DNA of 64,000 nucleotides from Paramecium tetraurelia (GCA_000165425.1 CT868655.1:62001-126000); one strand, 5' to 3'. Shown: positions 1-17,832, counted from the first letter of the stretch. Numbers and translations are program-made. Notes: generated from the sequence alone by a model not told the origin.

Positions 1-175
1 TTGTAGATGTTTAAACCCGTTCTAAAAATTGACTTTTTTTTGTTTCCCATTATCATTCGCACCTTTATCGTGCTGAAATATATAAGATATTTTACTCAAA
101 AGGATGTCCAAAAAGTCTAAAACACACTCCTGCAAATGCTCCACTGAGAACATCGGAAATTGATTGCTCTGCCAT
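1..175 (-). CDS. Mitochondrial carrier (SLC25 family), 5' part; runs off the window start
   Basis: MAEQSISDVLSGAFAGVCFRLFGHPFDTIKVRM after removing a 23-nt intron (73-95). Contains the carrier signature Px[DE]xx[KR] (PFDTIKVR). Confidence 0.88.
73..95 (-). other. Example of a tiny spliceosomal intron (23 nt)
   Basis: GTAAAATATCTTATATATTTCAG. Its removal restores the PFDTIKVR motif. Similar 20-30 nt introns occur in most genes of the window. Confidence 0.9.
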
Positions 176-412
176 GCTTATTACGTTTTCTTGTTTTGAA
201 AGTTAAAATTATTAAATTTGATTTGAGTTTTTTGCAATCTTTATTGTCCAATAATGGGTAATAAAATTTTACTATAAATCTTTTAATTCGCAATATTGAT
301 AAATAATTATTATAAAAATTATTATAAATCAACTTTGAAGCATTAAAGAAATTAACCCATCATTCATAGAATCTCATTTACATCGATATAATATAAAATT
401 ATTTAATTAAAA

Positions 413-1564
413 ATGCTCAATCAAAATAATGTTCATAGTGATCGATTGATTCAAGTATTTTCCTGTGACATGCTTGATGGAAGTATCCAGTAAGATAGAT
501 GGAAAAAGGGAAAGCTCTTCATTATGGAAAAATCATTACATTTCTCATCTCTCTTTAATTATTCTACAACCTCATTTGGATTCAATCAATAAATCACTAA
601 ATTACAATGTACATACTTCTACCTATCTAAGATTCATAAATCAAAGAATTTGATGAAAATGACGAAAATGATACCTTGATAATTACTACACACAAATAAA
701 ATTAACTATATTTTAGAAATTTCTATGCACAAAGACCATAAATTATGGAAATTTTGAGGACCATTAATTTAAAAAATGAAGATTTTGAACCCATCCTTGA
801 AAATGATTCATTTGATTGGGATACCTATAATAATTTAAGTTAACAAATCCTTCCTTAATTATTAAAGCTCAAAGATGGGAATTAATACAATCCACCTACT
901 ACTTTCGAAATTGAAGGGTTAGATATTCATGAAGTCTTTGCATTACTCTATGATGATATCCCCTATTAACCAAGTTAATATTTCAACCTTGCAATAAAAG
1001 AAGTCGATAAAACAAAATAATATTAAAATGTTCTTCATTTCTTTTTTGAATAAATTCTTGGAGATTAACAAATAAAATGTGATCCTTATGTTCCATAAGT
1101 ACCTGAATACTTGAGAACAGGCAATTAATCCAAAGGGCCTAGTCATTAATAATAATAAATTGAAAACTTACCCACTAGAACTATTAATTATGTACATCCT
1201 ACAAAATTACCATTCTTTGGTACTATTAATCCTAAGGTAAAAATGATTCAAAGATTGTTCTTGATTAATTAAAATGAATTTATTGTTTAAGTCTAATCAG
1301 AAACCTCAGGATTACCAAAGAGTGATTGCTATAAAATGATGTCGCATGAAAAAGCTATTAGAATTGGTCATAAAAAATTGTATATATGTTATTTAATTCA
1401 CTCATAGTCGTATTGAATGTACTTTCACTATTGAATGGTCATAAAGAATTATTTTTGTTTCTAATTAAGTTGATAATGCAGGTGCAATTGAATCAAAAAG
1501 AGTTCTTGAAACATACTACATACCATATGCTAGAGCAAGATTAGCAGAATCATTAAAATTAAAA

Positions 1565-1626
<62 letters not shown>

Positions 1627-1957
1627 GTAAGATTAATTAAATTCAAGTCAAATTATTGCTGATTAACCTTCGATGGTTCATGTAAGAAGATAAGTTAAAA
1701 GTGAAAGTTAGATTTTCTAATAAAAATTTTAAATTAGTCCTCAAAAAAATTAATATCAAAATTATGAAAGAATTTAAGAATTAGATTCAAAATAATAAAA
1801 ATTAGAAAACTAAGTCAAACAATTATAATTATAACTTGTCTTGCAAGAAAAATAAATCAAAAAATTAAGTGATGAGTAACAAGCTTTAATATTGATCAGT
1901 AGAACATTAGGGATAGTCATATTATTTATTCTTTTAACTAATTGGCTAATGAAATGA
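413..1957 (+). CDS. GRAM + VASt domain lipid/sterol transfer protein (GRAMD1/LAM-like) with C-terminal TM anchor
   Basis: Code-6 translation: GRAM-like FSC..KGKLFIMEKSLHFSS; VASt-like RTINYVHP..NPKVKMIQ..SETSGLPKSDCY; polyQ; coiled coil; terminal hydrophobic helix HLGIVILFILLTNWLMK, then TGA. Confidence 0.7.
1568..1630 (+). repeat. (TAA)19-TAG-TAA microsatellite encoding a 21-residue polyglutamine tract
   Basis: In frame between ..ESLKLKE and DQLNSSQ.. of the GRAM/VASt gene. Confidence 0.9.
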
Positions 1958-2880
1958 TATAGAGTATTTTTTTAATTTCTTATATTTCATTTTATAAAGT
2001 TATATATTTTTAAAAAATCAATCAAAGAATTAAAACGAAATTATTTTAAATCTTAAATTTTTGTCATGGTTGTCTTTGTGTTTCTAAACTCTCATTAATC
2101 ACATTAAAACTAGTTTCAACTTATCATATTAATTTATAATCTGCTCTTATTTTTTTTCTATTTAGAATAGTGTTATTTCAAATTCTTTTTAACTTATTGT
2201 TTTCAAGACTTCTGACTAATTGTTTTTAATGAAAATCTAGACTTAAACAATACATCTTGAAAATTTAGAACTAAAATAAATGAGTTTGTCATTTATCTAA
2301 TTATTATTACAAACAACTTTATAGCATTATTAAATTAACCATAACAATATAACTTAAAAATGAAATAATAATAAAAAAGGTTATTGAGTGTAGTTTCTAA
2401 TAATCTATCATGATCTATATTTTATAACTATATTTATTGCACATAAACACCATAACTTTCTGTTAAACCATATTCTTTTTAAAAAATATAAGGATTATGG
2501 AATTTAATTTATTAATGAATATACCAATTTCAATTTTAAATTAGAATAGATTGTACATATTTAAACAGAGTTGGGTATTTATATTCAATTAAAAACATGA
2601 AACCTATAGATTAATTAATTATAATTTAATAACAGCAAATCCGTTGTGGGAATCCTAACTTAAAGAATAGTGGCAAATTCTAAGCCTACATTTAACATGA
2701 TTCTCACCCCCTGAATAGTTTTCTAATATTTATAATTTAATATAAGTTTAAATTTAGAATGTTTAAAGAATATAAAAACCAGAAAATACTGAGATGGAAT
2801 TAAGAAACTTAAAGGGTAATAAATAATATTTGAATGCAACATTTATTGATAGATAAACTGTAATTCTAAATTTATTTTAA

Positions 2881-3936
2881 TCAACTATCCTATAATTCAT
2901 CAAATTAAAATTTTTTAGTATTTTTGTCGCTAGAGGTGATTTTAGAGCTGGATTCATTTTTATCTTCGAATATTATTTAATCTTCTATAGGACGTTACTC
3001 AGAATTATATCCATTTTGATTTTGCAAAGCAGGTTGTGAGTTATACCTATTGATATTGGTAACTATTTAAGTATTCATTTTTTTTTTATTGTTTCTTTGG
3101 GATAATTTCATAAGGAAAGCTGTTGTTTATTTGCTTATTTAATCATTTTTAATTTTTTCAATTTTTTATTAATCACTTTTATATTAATCGATTAAATCAC
3201 TAGCTTCTTTATTTTCATCAAATAAAAATAGCTATTGTTTTAAATCTAGAGTCATATTTTCTTTTCGTTCGTCTTATTATGATTAGACTCTATTATGTAC
3301 ATCATTTTGGAATTATTCATTATCAAAATCAACACTTGAAGTATTATTAATGTTATGCTTAGTATTTTCTTTTTAATTGATTGTTTAGGTAATGGAGTCT
3401 TCATTAAAATGGAAGGTAGAGGCTTTAGTGTCGCGGACAACGACAGCAGTCTTTGAATATTATTAATCTTAATTTTCTTAATCGTTTTGATGAATATTAA
3501 CATCTATTTTAGGAGGAGGCAGATTTTTTTTCTGAATTTTGGGAGATTCCTGGGGCTTCTATTAGGAAGGTACAGATGGCTGAGTGACAACTGGATTGAG
3601 TATTAATTTATTCAATTGAATTTGAAAATATTTGTATGATTAATCTTGTATTTCTTTAAAGTGTTCTACTCCTAGCTGAATATAAATGTGAAAGTAAATT
3701 ACCATATACAAATTAATTAGATTTCTAAGTGCATCATCGTTTGTGTATTCACTCAAGACTAATATAATGTCATTGTCAAGGATTTGTTAAGCAAAATCTT
3801 TAGGGATTTGTTTTCCTAACTCGTACAATTGATTGTTTACATACTTTAGGAATGACGCATGTTAGCCTTAGGACTGGATGCTCTAAACTAAAAGTTAAGA
3901 AGAAATCAATACTAATTTAGAAAAGTATTCTGACAT
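2881..3936 (-). CDS. Hypothetical protein with low-complexity/coiled-coil C-terminus
   Basis: MSEYFSKLVLISSQ..., one 27-nt intron near 3700, open in code 6 to ..QFDELQDS-TGA. Confidence 0.75.
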
Positions 3937-4139
3937 TATAATTTTTAGGTATTATATAAATATATATAATGTTTTATGTAAATATAAAAACTATAATTCT
4001 TAGATTTAGTAATTAAATGATAGTAATTAATATTTGGATTCATTTGTTAATAAGATGTAATATTAAATTATTTAATTGAAGATATATTTTATAGAACTGA
4101 ATTATACTAATATCGACACTATACATTAATGGATCAATC

Positions 4140-4910
4140 TCAGTCATTTTGTTAAGTATTGTTGAACATCCGCTCATAAACCTGTTCATCGTTGACTAAT
4201 TTTCTTCTAACTTTACCCTAAATATGTTTCTGAGATTCTTACAATATGATCTAGTGGGTTAAATTTCGAGTAATGAGAACGACACTAACAAGCAGTTCGA
4301 GTCGGTATTTCAATTGACATCATTTTAAAAACTCTATTCAGCTTTTTTTAGACACTTGTCTAGAATAATTCTTTATTTTATCGAACAAATTTTAAATATT
4401 TGTAATGCTCTTCGTTTGTCCAATGTCCTAAAATTAGAATATAAAATAACCTCTACGGTTTTGAATTATCTAACTATTGGATTTTTTAACCTGTCGCACT
4501 GTCTCTACTTTCTATAAGAGTTTGTCCGAATTATCCTCTTCATTCTTCTTCTCAAAGAGATTTTGAGCAGGAATGTCAGTTTATTTAATGAGATTGTCTT
4601 CCAGTTTAATGTAAGGAGGATTTGGGATTTTAGGCAACTTCATCTAGGTTTGTTCTGTACTCCAGTTGATATAATTTGATTATTAAAAGTAATTTAGAGG
4701 ATAAGATTCATTCTATAGATATGGTTAAGGGGCCTAAACATTGATAACAAAAAGTCATTACCATATAGGTTGAAACTTAAGGATAGTAAGGGTTGTAGTT
4801 AGAGTAATACACTTGTGGATTCATAGCAAAGTCTGCCTAGTGGTTTAAATTGTAATACTTGGTTGAAATTAGAAAGGAGAAGTACTGTATGAAAAGGGGT
4901 TGGATTGCAT
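4140..4910 (-). CDS. Myb-like (SHAQKYF-class) DNA-binding protein
   Basis: GHWTNEEHYKYLKFV...VFKMMSIEIPTRTACQCRSHYSKF; three short introns. Confidence 0.85.
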
Positions 4911-5790
4911 GCTTTATTTTTGTTTAAAATTTAGTTAACTTGAATCATTTAATCGAGAATATATAGTGCGAAAGAATCAAGATTTTCTCATTTATAAAGT
5001 CAATATTATTTTACCCCCCTAATTTGAACTTCGTTCTCCCTTTAGAACCTTATCGATATATTTATACAATTAAATCTGACAAAAATTTTATTAATCATGT
5101 AATCACCCAACACTCATCCACACACTACACCCATTTAGTCTCTCTGTCAATTCACTCTGTTGCCTATTACTTATTGAAATAAGTCTCCCTGCTTCCATCT
5201 ACTCTCCCTTTTTAATCCCAGTAAAATTCAAAAATCGTCTTTAATTATCCTAAATATTGTTGTTTCATACTCAAAATTAATCTCAAATGCTATTTTTATA
5301 TAAGCATTTTACAGAAACCTCATTTTTCTTTATTAAATCCTTAGTCATTATTTAAAATTTTCTCCATCCAAATCACACTCTCTTTTTTGGAATTCCCCTT
5401 TATTGTTAATTTCATCCCTAAATTATAAGTGTTTCTTATAAGTAATTTCCTTCAAACATTAAAATAAATAGCATTCAGTATATATATTTTAATTATATTT
5501 AAACAAAATTTATAACGAAGTATCCAAATAAATAATAATAACAATAATTATTTAAGCTTATTGTATTTATATTTCAAAGTAAATTACTATAGACATCTAC
5601 CCATTCCATCCTCCTGGATCAATTATTAACAAAAATCTTAAATTTCATCAATGACATCACTCACTCTCTCTTCTCGTTCTCCTATCCCTATTTAATATTA
5701 TACTCTCTTGCGATCTACAATTCTCAAGAATCTAAAGCACTTATATTCCATTAATCAATATTATATTTTTAATTAATAACGAGAATCCAA

Positions 5791-7892
<2,102 letters not shown>

Positions 7893-7970
7893 TATTACTA
7901 TCTTAATTTCAATATAGATTATTATTAAATATTTATATAATAGGTAAAAATTGTATTTGTTTTATTCAAT

Positions 7971-10900
7971 TCAATTTTTAGGAAATATTATGTTAAATTC
8001 TAAAATTTAAATAAACCTTCTCTTTTTATAGCATTCATCGTTAAAGAGCTGTTTTATTGTTTCTTAATTTTTTATAGTACCCTTTAATTTTACCATAGAG
8101 GTTTATTTAATATACAACTCTAGCTCTTAGATAGTTTAATCCATCTATTATTGTTATTCTTCCATATCCTCTATCATCATTTTAATTTAATCCTTAAACA
8201 AAATATTGTTGTATCTCTATAATAAATCTTAAGATTTCTTCTCTTTTATAGTATTCTGCTCTAATTCCTGCGATTATTTTTCATAAAATTTTTTTATATA
8301 GTTGCTTTGATTCATTTATTTCTTTTTTTACCTATTTGCATATTCTTTTATTCTCTCATAATATTTTGTGATATGAAACTACTTTATGTAATTAACTAAA
8401 GCATATAATATAGAATAAGATTCGAAATTCGATTTAAATTTATTATTGAATTCTTGAATCTCACAATTCGAGGGTAATTTCTTAGTTAATTCATTTAATT
8501 TAGAAATTACTTTTTAAATCTATACTTTTAACTAATTTAATTCTGATGGATTTAATGATTAATTAGACATTTTACTATTTATTTATATTTCTTCTAATAA
8601 TTCAAGATCTTATTTTTATAAGTTTTCGTAAGTTTCAACTAGTTCAATATCCATGGTTATGAAATTTATTTGTTTTCTTTAATTCACTGCATTTATTAGA
8701 AGTTCCAATTCTTGTCCTGCTTTCTAGCAAATTTTTTATAATTGAACAAGCAAATCTTTCGTTTAATTTTTGAAACGCCCTTATTTATTCTCAATCTCTT
8801 AAAATTTTTCCTTAAATAATTTCTCGTTTTCATTAAAATCATGAAAATTTTTATTCAAAGCATTCTATTAGTCTTCTAAAGTTTTTTTAAGATAATCTTT
8901 CTTATCATTCATTTTTCTCAAGAACTCGTTGCTTTCACATTCAATTTTAATTGATTTTTTAACCTTCTAGAATTGCATATATTAGGATTACAATTGTGTA
9001 TTTAATTGATATAATTCTCTTTCTTATTGACTATTTTATTCCCAAGATTATTACTCTTTCATTAACAAGTGTAATTTAGTTAAGTGTTCTGTTTCATCAT
9101 CAACTTATTACTTTAACTTTTCCTAAACTTATTCCAATTCATTTATGTTAATTTTTGAGATTTCACAGGAATCTTATTTATCAAATTATTAGCATTTCTA
9201 GTATAAGTTTTCATACTCAGATATTTTTTAATTTATTGTTTCAAATTTTTTGTTAATCACACTCTTATTTGAAGCAACTCTACAACCTTAATTGCTAAAT
9301 AAATTGTCAAAGTCTTTTTGTAAATTTTAAAATTTATCTATGGAGTTTTTTAATTTTGTTTATGCAGTTTCAAATACTTTTATTCTTTATGCGTTTCTTA
9401 ATTAAATTTATTCATCATGATAAATTTATTCACTGATATCATTATGGTATTTCTAAGAATTTTATAATTATTGCCAAAGCGAGTTATAAACTTAATTAAA
9501 TTCTTAATAATTCTAAAATATCCCGTGATTCAATATTTGATTTAAATATTCTGACTTAGACTATGAATCTTCAAGCTGATTAAGTTATTTTTTAATTTCT
9601 TATCTATATTTCTGATTTTGAGATAAATACTACAATTTTTCAATATAATCATTTACCTAGTCTTATAAATCCTCTATTAATTTTTGCTGTTTATTAATAA
9701 ACTCTTCATCAATCGTTTTAATACTTTAAATTGTATTTTAAGTAGATTTTTTTAGTTGACTTATAGGTTACTAAAGTTCTTCAAGTTTGCAGATAAGAGA
9801 TTGATATTGAATAATCTACTATAATTACTCAAATTAACAAATATCATTCTATTTGTATCTTAACATTTCTAAATCTAATGTAATTTTCTAATATGATTGT
9901 AGAACATCTTGAATGCAACTTTTCTCTTAAAAATGAAACTAAATTTCTTCGTAAATTTACATTTTTTCCTAAATCTTTTTAATATCTGGAGTAATGGACG
10001 AAAAAAACTATTGTGAACTCTCGAGTTGTGTTTAATAGATTTTTTTTAATTTATTGAGTTATTGCTCTCTTTCTTATTCTTGTTTCTCAATTTGTATTGT
10101 ACTTCTTAATTACTTTTCAATAGCATTTATCTACACAGATATCTTATTGATCACAATGAATTATTATTGAACATAGTTTTTCTATTCACTAACCAATTTA
10201 TCCTCTTATTCTTGAAGCATCTCCAAAGTCTACAATTATTCTATCTCTTATTGTGCTTATAAAATCATTATTATTTAATCGTTATTTTAATCAATTTCCT
10301 TATTTATTTAAGATCTTAATTAATCTTCTTAATTATTTTACACATTTAAATCTGTAAGATTTTATAATTGCAATTGTAATTGATTAATAAATGAATTAAT
10401 AGTATCTTATTAAAATTACACCAGATTAAGCAAATTTTATCTTTTTGCTTATAATTATTATTAATATTTTAATTCTTGCTTTTATTCCATTTGAGTAACC
10501 TTTTAATTGTATTCTAGTAAATATTTGTTTTCATATTAGAGCCTAAGACTTTCTTCTAATTATTTTACTTGTTCTTATATTTTCTATTCTTTTTCTTGAG
10601 ATGCCTCTTACTTTAGTTTTTTAATTTAATCATTATATTCATCATCTTTCTGCTATCTAAACTAATCCATTTAAATTTAAAATTATATTTCTTACTATAT
10701 CTTCATTTAAGTTATTTCTTAAATATTCTATTCATATTTTTGAGCTTTTTCTTGTTACTCTTTTATTTCATTTTGTTTTTCCTTAATTTAATTCTCTAAT
10801 CTAATTTTGTAATCGTCTTAGAGTTTATCATATTTTGCTTGTAACTCTTATTCAATCTTGCGTCCTAAATCTCTTTTCATCTCATCCAATTATTCTTAAT

Positions 10901-11918
10901 ATTTCTAATTGGTAATTGATTTTGATAATTAATTCCTAGCTTCCTCTTAAATTTTTTACTCCTCTTACCTATTAATAAGAGGCTTGAAAATTTGAAATTT
11001 TTACTATCCATTTGAGTTATATGCTGTCAAAATATCGTGTAAATTCAATCTAGTTAAATGATCTTTGCGAAGCATTTGTTTAATAAACTATTTTTCTTTG
11101 TTTTGTATTGATTAATTTTATTCAATCTATAGATCAATATCTTCTTATTTCTAATTAAGGATAAAATACTGAATATTCTATTAAAAATTACCTAAAATAG
11201 ATAATTGTTATTACATTTAAAAAATACTTGACCAACTAACACCTCGTACCAAATTGCCCCCAAAGACCATATATCAACTGATTTAGAATATAAAATGCCT
11301 TAAGTTCCCATAACTTCTGGAGCCATGTAATATGGTGTTCCAACCTTGTAAGTATTTCTCAGTTGATTTTAAATTTATTTGGCAAAACCAAAGTCAATCA
11401 GTTTAATAGTTATCTTGTTGTTTTCTCCTTTGATATAAACAAAGTTTTCAGGTTTCAAATCTCTGTGGAATAATCCCAATTAATGTAGTTATTAGACTCC
11501 TATTACCATCTAAAGTCACATAGATATTTACTTAAATAAATAAAGAATTTTTTTCAGCATAAGTCATTTTTTTAAATTCATCATACTTCATAAATTCATA
11601 GAATTCTCCATGAGCTTGTTCCATCACAACGATTACACCTTAATTTTGAGTTTATTGGAATCCATATATTCCGATGATATGACTACAATTCTTTTGAAAA
11701 ATTGTCTAAAGGACATTAATCATCCTTTAATCACATCGATGGCTTTCTTTAATCGCTACTTTTTATTTTGTTTAAACATTAATTCCCTTATAAATTATAC
11801 CTTCAGATCCTGAACCAATAGGTGGGTAAATCTTTTCATATTTGATTCCATTAATGAGAATGATATTTTCATTTTCATGTTGTTGATATTAATTTTAAAA
11901 AACTAAGTTGCTGGCCAT
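7971..11918 (-). CDS. Ser/Thr protein kinase with a very long Q/E/K-rich coiled-coil tail
   Basis: IGSGSEGIIY, VAIK, HRDLKPEN, DFG, GTPYYMAPE, DIWSLG, followed by about 3 kb of open coiled-coil-like frame. Confidence 0.88.
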
Positions 11919-12055
11919 TCTCGAAAAATGGAAAATTTATGTTTTAATTAATATTTGTCAACTAAAAGGAGGATTGAAATTTATAATTTGATATTTCTAT
12001 CAGGTTTATGTATAAATTAAAAATATTTATATAATAAAATACATTAATATGTTGA

Positions 12056-15245
<3,190 letters not shown>

Positions 15246-15637
15246 TTTTAAATGAATTTTTTAATTAATAATCAACTTTGATAATCATATATTAAAGTAA
15301 AAATATATGAGTGTTTCAGAATGAAATAATAATGATTACTACCCCTTCCGTCTTAACTCAAAATCTTTATATCTAATTTATTTAGAACAATTCTCATCAA
15401 TAATCAAATTATTCAAGTAAAATTAGAATTATTTAATTGACAATTTATTTCAAAATTAAATAAATACATTCTATTTAATAATTATTATGGGATCCCTTCC
15501 CACCCCCCTTTGTGTTCTCCGTATCTATGAAATCAGCTCCACATTCTCAAATTGTATTTGCTCTTCTCTGAAACGACAAAAATTAATTAAAATATATTAT
15601 TATTTGTAGAATAATCCGCTTTATAATTGGATATTGA

Positions 15638-17407
15638 TCAATTGCCATCAGATTCATCATCCGAGGGAGTTTGCTAATTCTTTATTTAATCTGTGTAGTC
15701 TTCAATTTATTTGTTAATCTGAAGTACATTCTTTCTGTTTCTTTCGTATTGCTTCTCCTTATAACTTGTAACCAACAACTTGATATCCCTCTCGATCGAT
15801 GTTGTAATATTGGTATCCTAATTATTTAAACATCACCTTACCTTCGTATTCGCCTTAGATTACAAATTATCTTTGATATTGCTCACTGTACCCAACAGAG
15901 TTTCTTTATTTTCAAATAACTAAGTAATTATAATAGTATACTGTCTATAGATCCTCATCCCATTCACTTAAATCACTTCCCTATTGCACAAATACCTAGT
16001 ATCTGTCATATTCCAATTTGGCAATATCTGTCAACTTAGTACCAAACTCCCTTATGAAATCTCCAATCTTCTTAAATCCATGATCTCCTGAGACGTAATC
16101 AGACATATCTTTGGTTATAAATCCTAACTTTCCATCAAAATCTCCTAATGCTGCTTCTATGTCCACCATCAATTGTAACTCTGTAGAGAGTAGATTGTCC
16201 TTAAGTTTTAAGGTTTCTTTTTCTAAGTCTTCTAATTTCTATTTCCAACCTTCTTCATTTCTTTCTTTTGCTCTAAATGCCAATTTCTTCTGATGTTCAA
16301 ACCTTTTGATAGTCAATATGGTTTCATTTTCACTTTTGATTTCTCTTGCTCTGACTGCTTGTTCGAATTTCTATTACAATCATAATAATGCTTACTTCAA
16401 TTGATTATAACTTAGCAGTATTCTTTTGAATAACATTCTTTTAAAGATTCTCAACGGTTTCTTTAATCTTTTCTTAGAATTTGTTGATTTCCTCTTCTAC
16501 TCCCTTCATAGTCTTAACTTTTTCTAATTCCTCATCCTAAATTAATTCATCACTTAACTTTTCCACCAAATCCATTCTTGCACTCTTTCTTTTAAATAAT
16601 TCGTCATTGTTGTTCTTCTCCTCCTATTCTTAATTTTGCATCTATTTTAGAAAGTCTTCTTAAGTAATAGCATCAGTTCTAAATTTCTCATCTGATTCTC
16701 TTATCTAATTTCTCTATGCTTCATCAATAAAACTATAATCCAAGTATCTCAGATTAGGTAATGAATTAATAATATGATTTTTATAATCTGGTTCTTTAGT
16801 AAATGGATTTCCTGCTACATTCAGAACTTGCAAATTCTTAAATTTCATGCCTTTTCCTTTGCTAAAATACTGTGTCACAATTTCGAAGGAGGGTATTTTA
16901 TTATTGCCAATTGATAAAACATTCAGAGACTTGCAATTGTCCAAACCTCCAACAGATGTTAATTAATTATTAAACATTGATAGGTCTTTCAAATTGACTA
17001 GTTTATCCAATCCCTCTATTTCCTTGATCAAATTAAACGATAAGTCGAGCCAATGCAAATTGACCAAATGATCCAAATTCTCTATCTTCTATATTATGTT
17101 ATTATCCAATTGTAACTTCTCCAATCTCTCTAAACCCTGGAGGTTTTCAATCTTCCAGATGTCTATACAATTGTTATAATATCGGATGTACTTTTAAAAG
17201 ACAGTGACATGACACGTAAAGAATTTAACATTATTTAATCTCCCATGGTTATTTTGTTCTCCGCATTGTAATCCTTGACTGATTTACTAACATGTTATAA
17301 TTCTACAATTACATGATTAATATTTCATCAATAACTGTTGGCTCAATTGAAGTCTTATTATTTCGCTTATCGATCTTTGGAAGATGGGCACTTTGGAAGT
17401 TTAACAT
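15638..17407 (-). CDS. DRC3: Dynein regulatory complex subunit 3 (LRRC48)
   Basis: [67 protein letters not shown]22-type LRRs followed by a coiled coil, matching DRC3 architecture. Confidence 0.85.
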
Positions 17408-17553
17408 TAATATAAATATATTATTTCAATTTTTATTTATTATACTTTAATTTGAACTTCGTTTTAATCCTCCCATTTAAATAAGCTCATTGACACTCAC
17501 GGCATGTGCGGACTTAAACCGCAGAAGTTATTCACAAAATTAAATATAATATT

Positions 17554-17562
17554 AATCCCATA
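17554..17562 (+). promoter_or_regulatory. Upstream sequence element (USE)-like motif of the telomerase RNA gene
   Basis: AATCCCATA about 55 nt upstream of the inferred TER start resembles the ciliate snRNA/TER USE (CCCATA core). TATA-like TATATATTTAAAA at about 17587-17599. Confidence 0.65.
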
Positions 17563-17612
17563 TAATTTACTCATTATTAGTAAATGTATATATTTAAAAT
17601 AATTCTTATTGT

Positions 17613-17822
17613 ATACTGACAATCATTATGTTCATTCTTCTTCTCCAATAGGAAAGGAAGTCATACAACCCCAGAAACCATTACAAACACCCTGAGTATT
17701 GCTACATTCAGTGTAGCGTTAATCCTCTTGGCTATTCTCGTAACGATTGTCAAATTTAGAGTGCTTATCGTCAAAAATCAGCAAATCATGACGAGTCATA
17801 AGTGCTCTAAATAGTTATTTTT
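17613..17822 (+). ncRNA. TER: Telomerase RNA (ciliate TER)
   Basis: GTCA-TA-CAACCCCA (boundary motif plus template, 17660-17673). Helix I TGACAATC 17617-17624 / GATTGTCA 17745-17752. Helix II 17637-17660. Pseudoknot CTGAG/TTCAG plus GCTACA/TGTAGC. 15+5 bp terminal helix 17754-17812 with G-U pairs. ATAC 5' end and T-run 3' end; about 210 nt. Confidence 0.93.
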
Positions 17823-17832
17823 ATATTTTTTT
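17818..17832 (+). terminator. RNA polymerase III T-run terminator of TER
   Basis: TTTTT (17818-17822) immediately after the terminal helix, followed by a second T7 run. Confidence 0.7.

Noticed and set aside
1568..1630. TAA repeat as a run of stop codons, telomere or CRISPR-like array
   Set aside because: It is an in-frame polyQ under code 6. There are no spacers, and it is not the Paramecium telomere repeat.
2597..2833. 78-codon + strand code-6 ORF (MKPIDQLIIIQ...)
   Set aside because: No motif or intron support. ORFs of this size arise easily by chance when TGA is the only stop.
15487..15580. Possible snRNA or C/D snoRNA
   Set aside because: No U1/U2/U4/U5/U6 signature and no canonical RTGATGA box C. 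Kept only as an unexplained GC-rich island.
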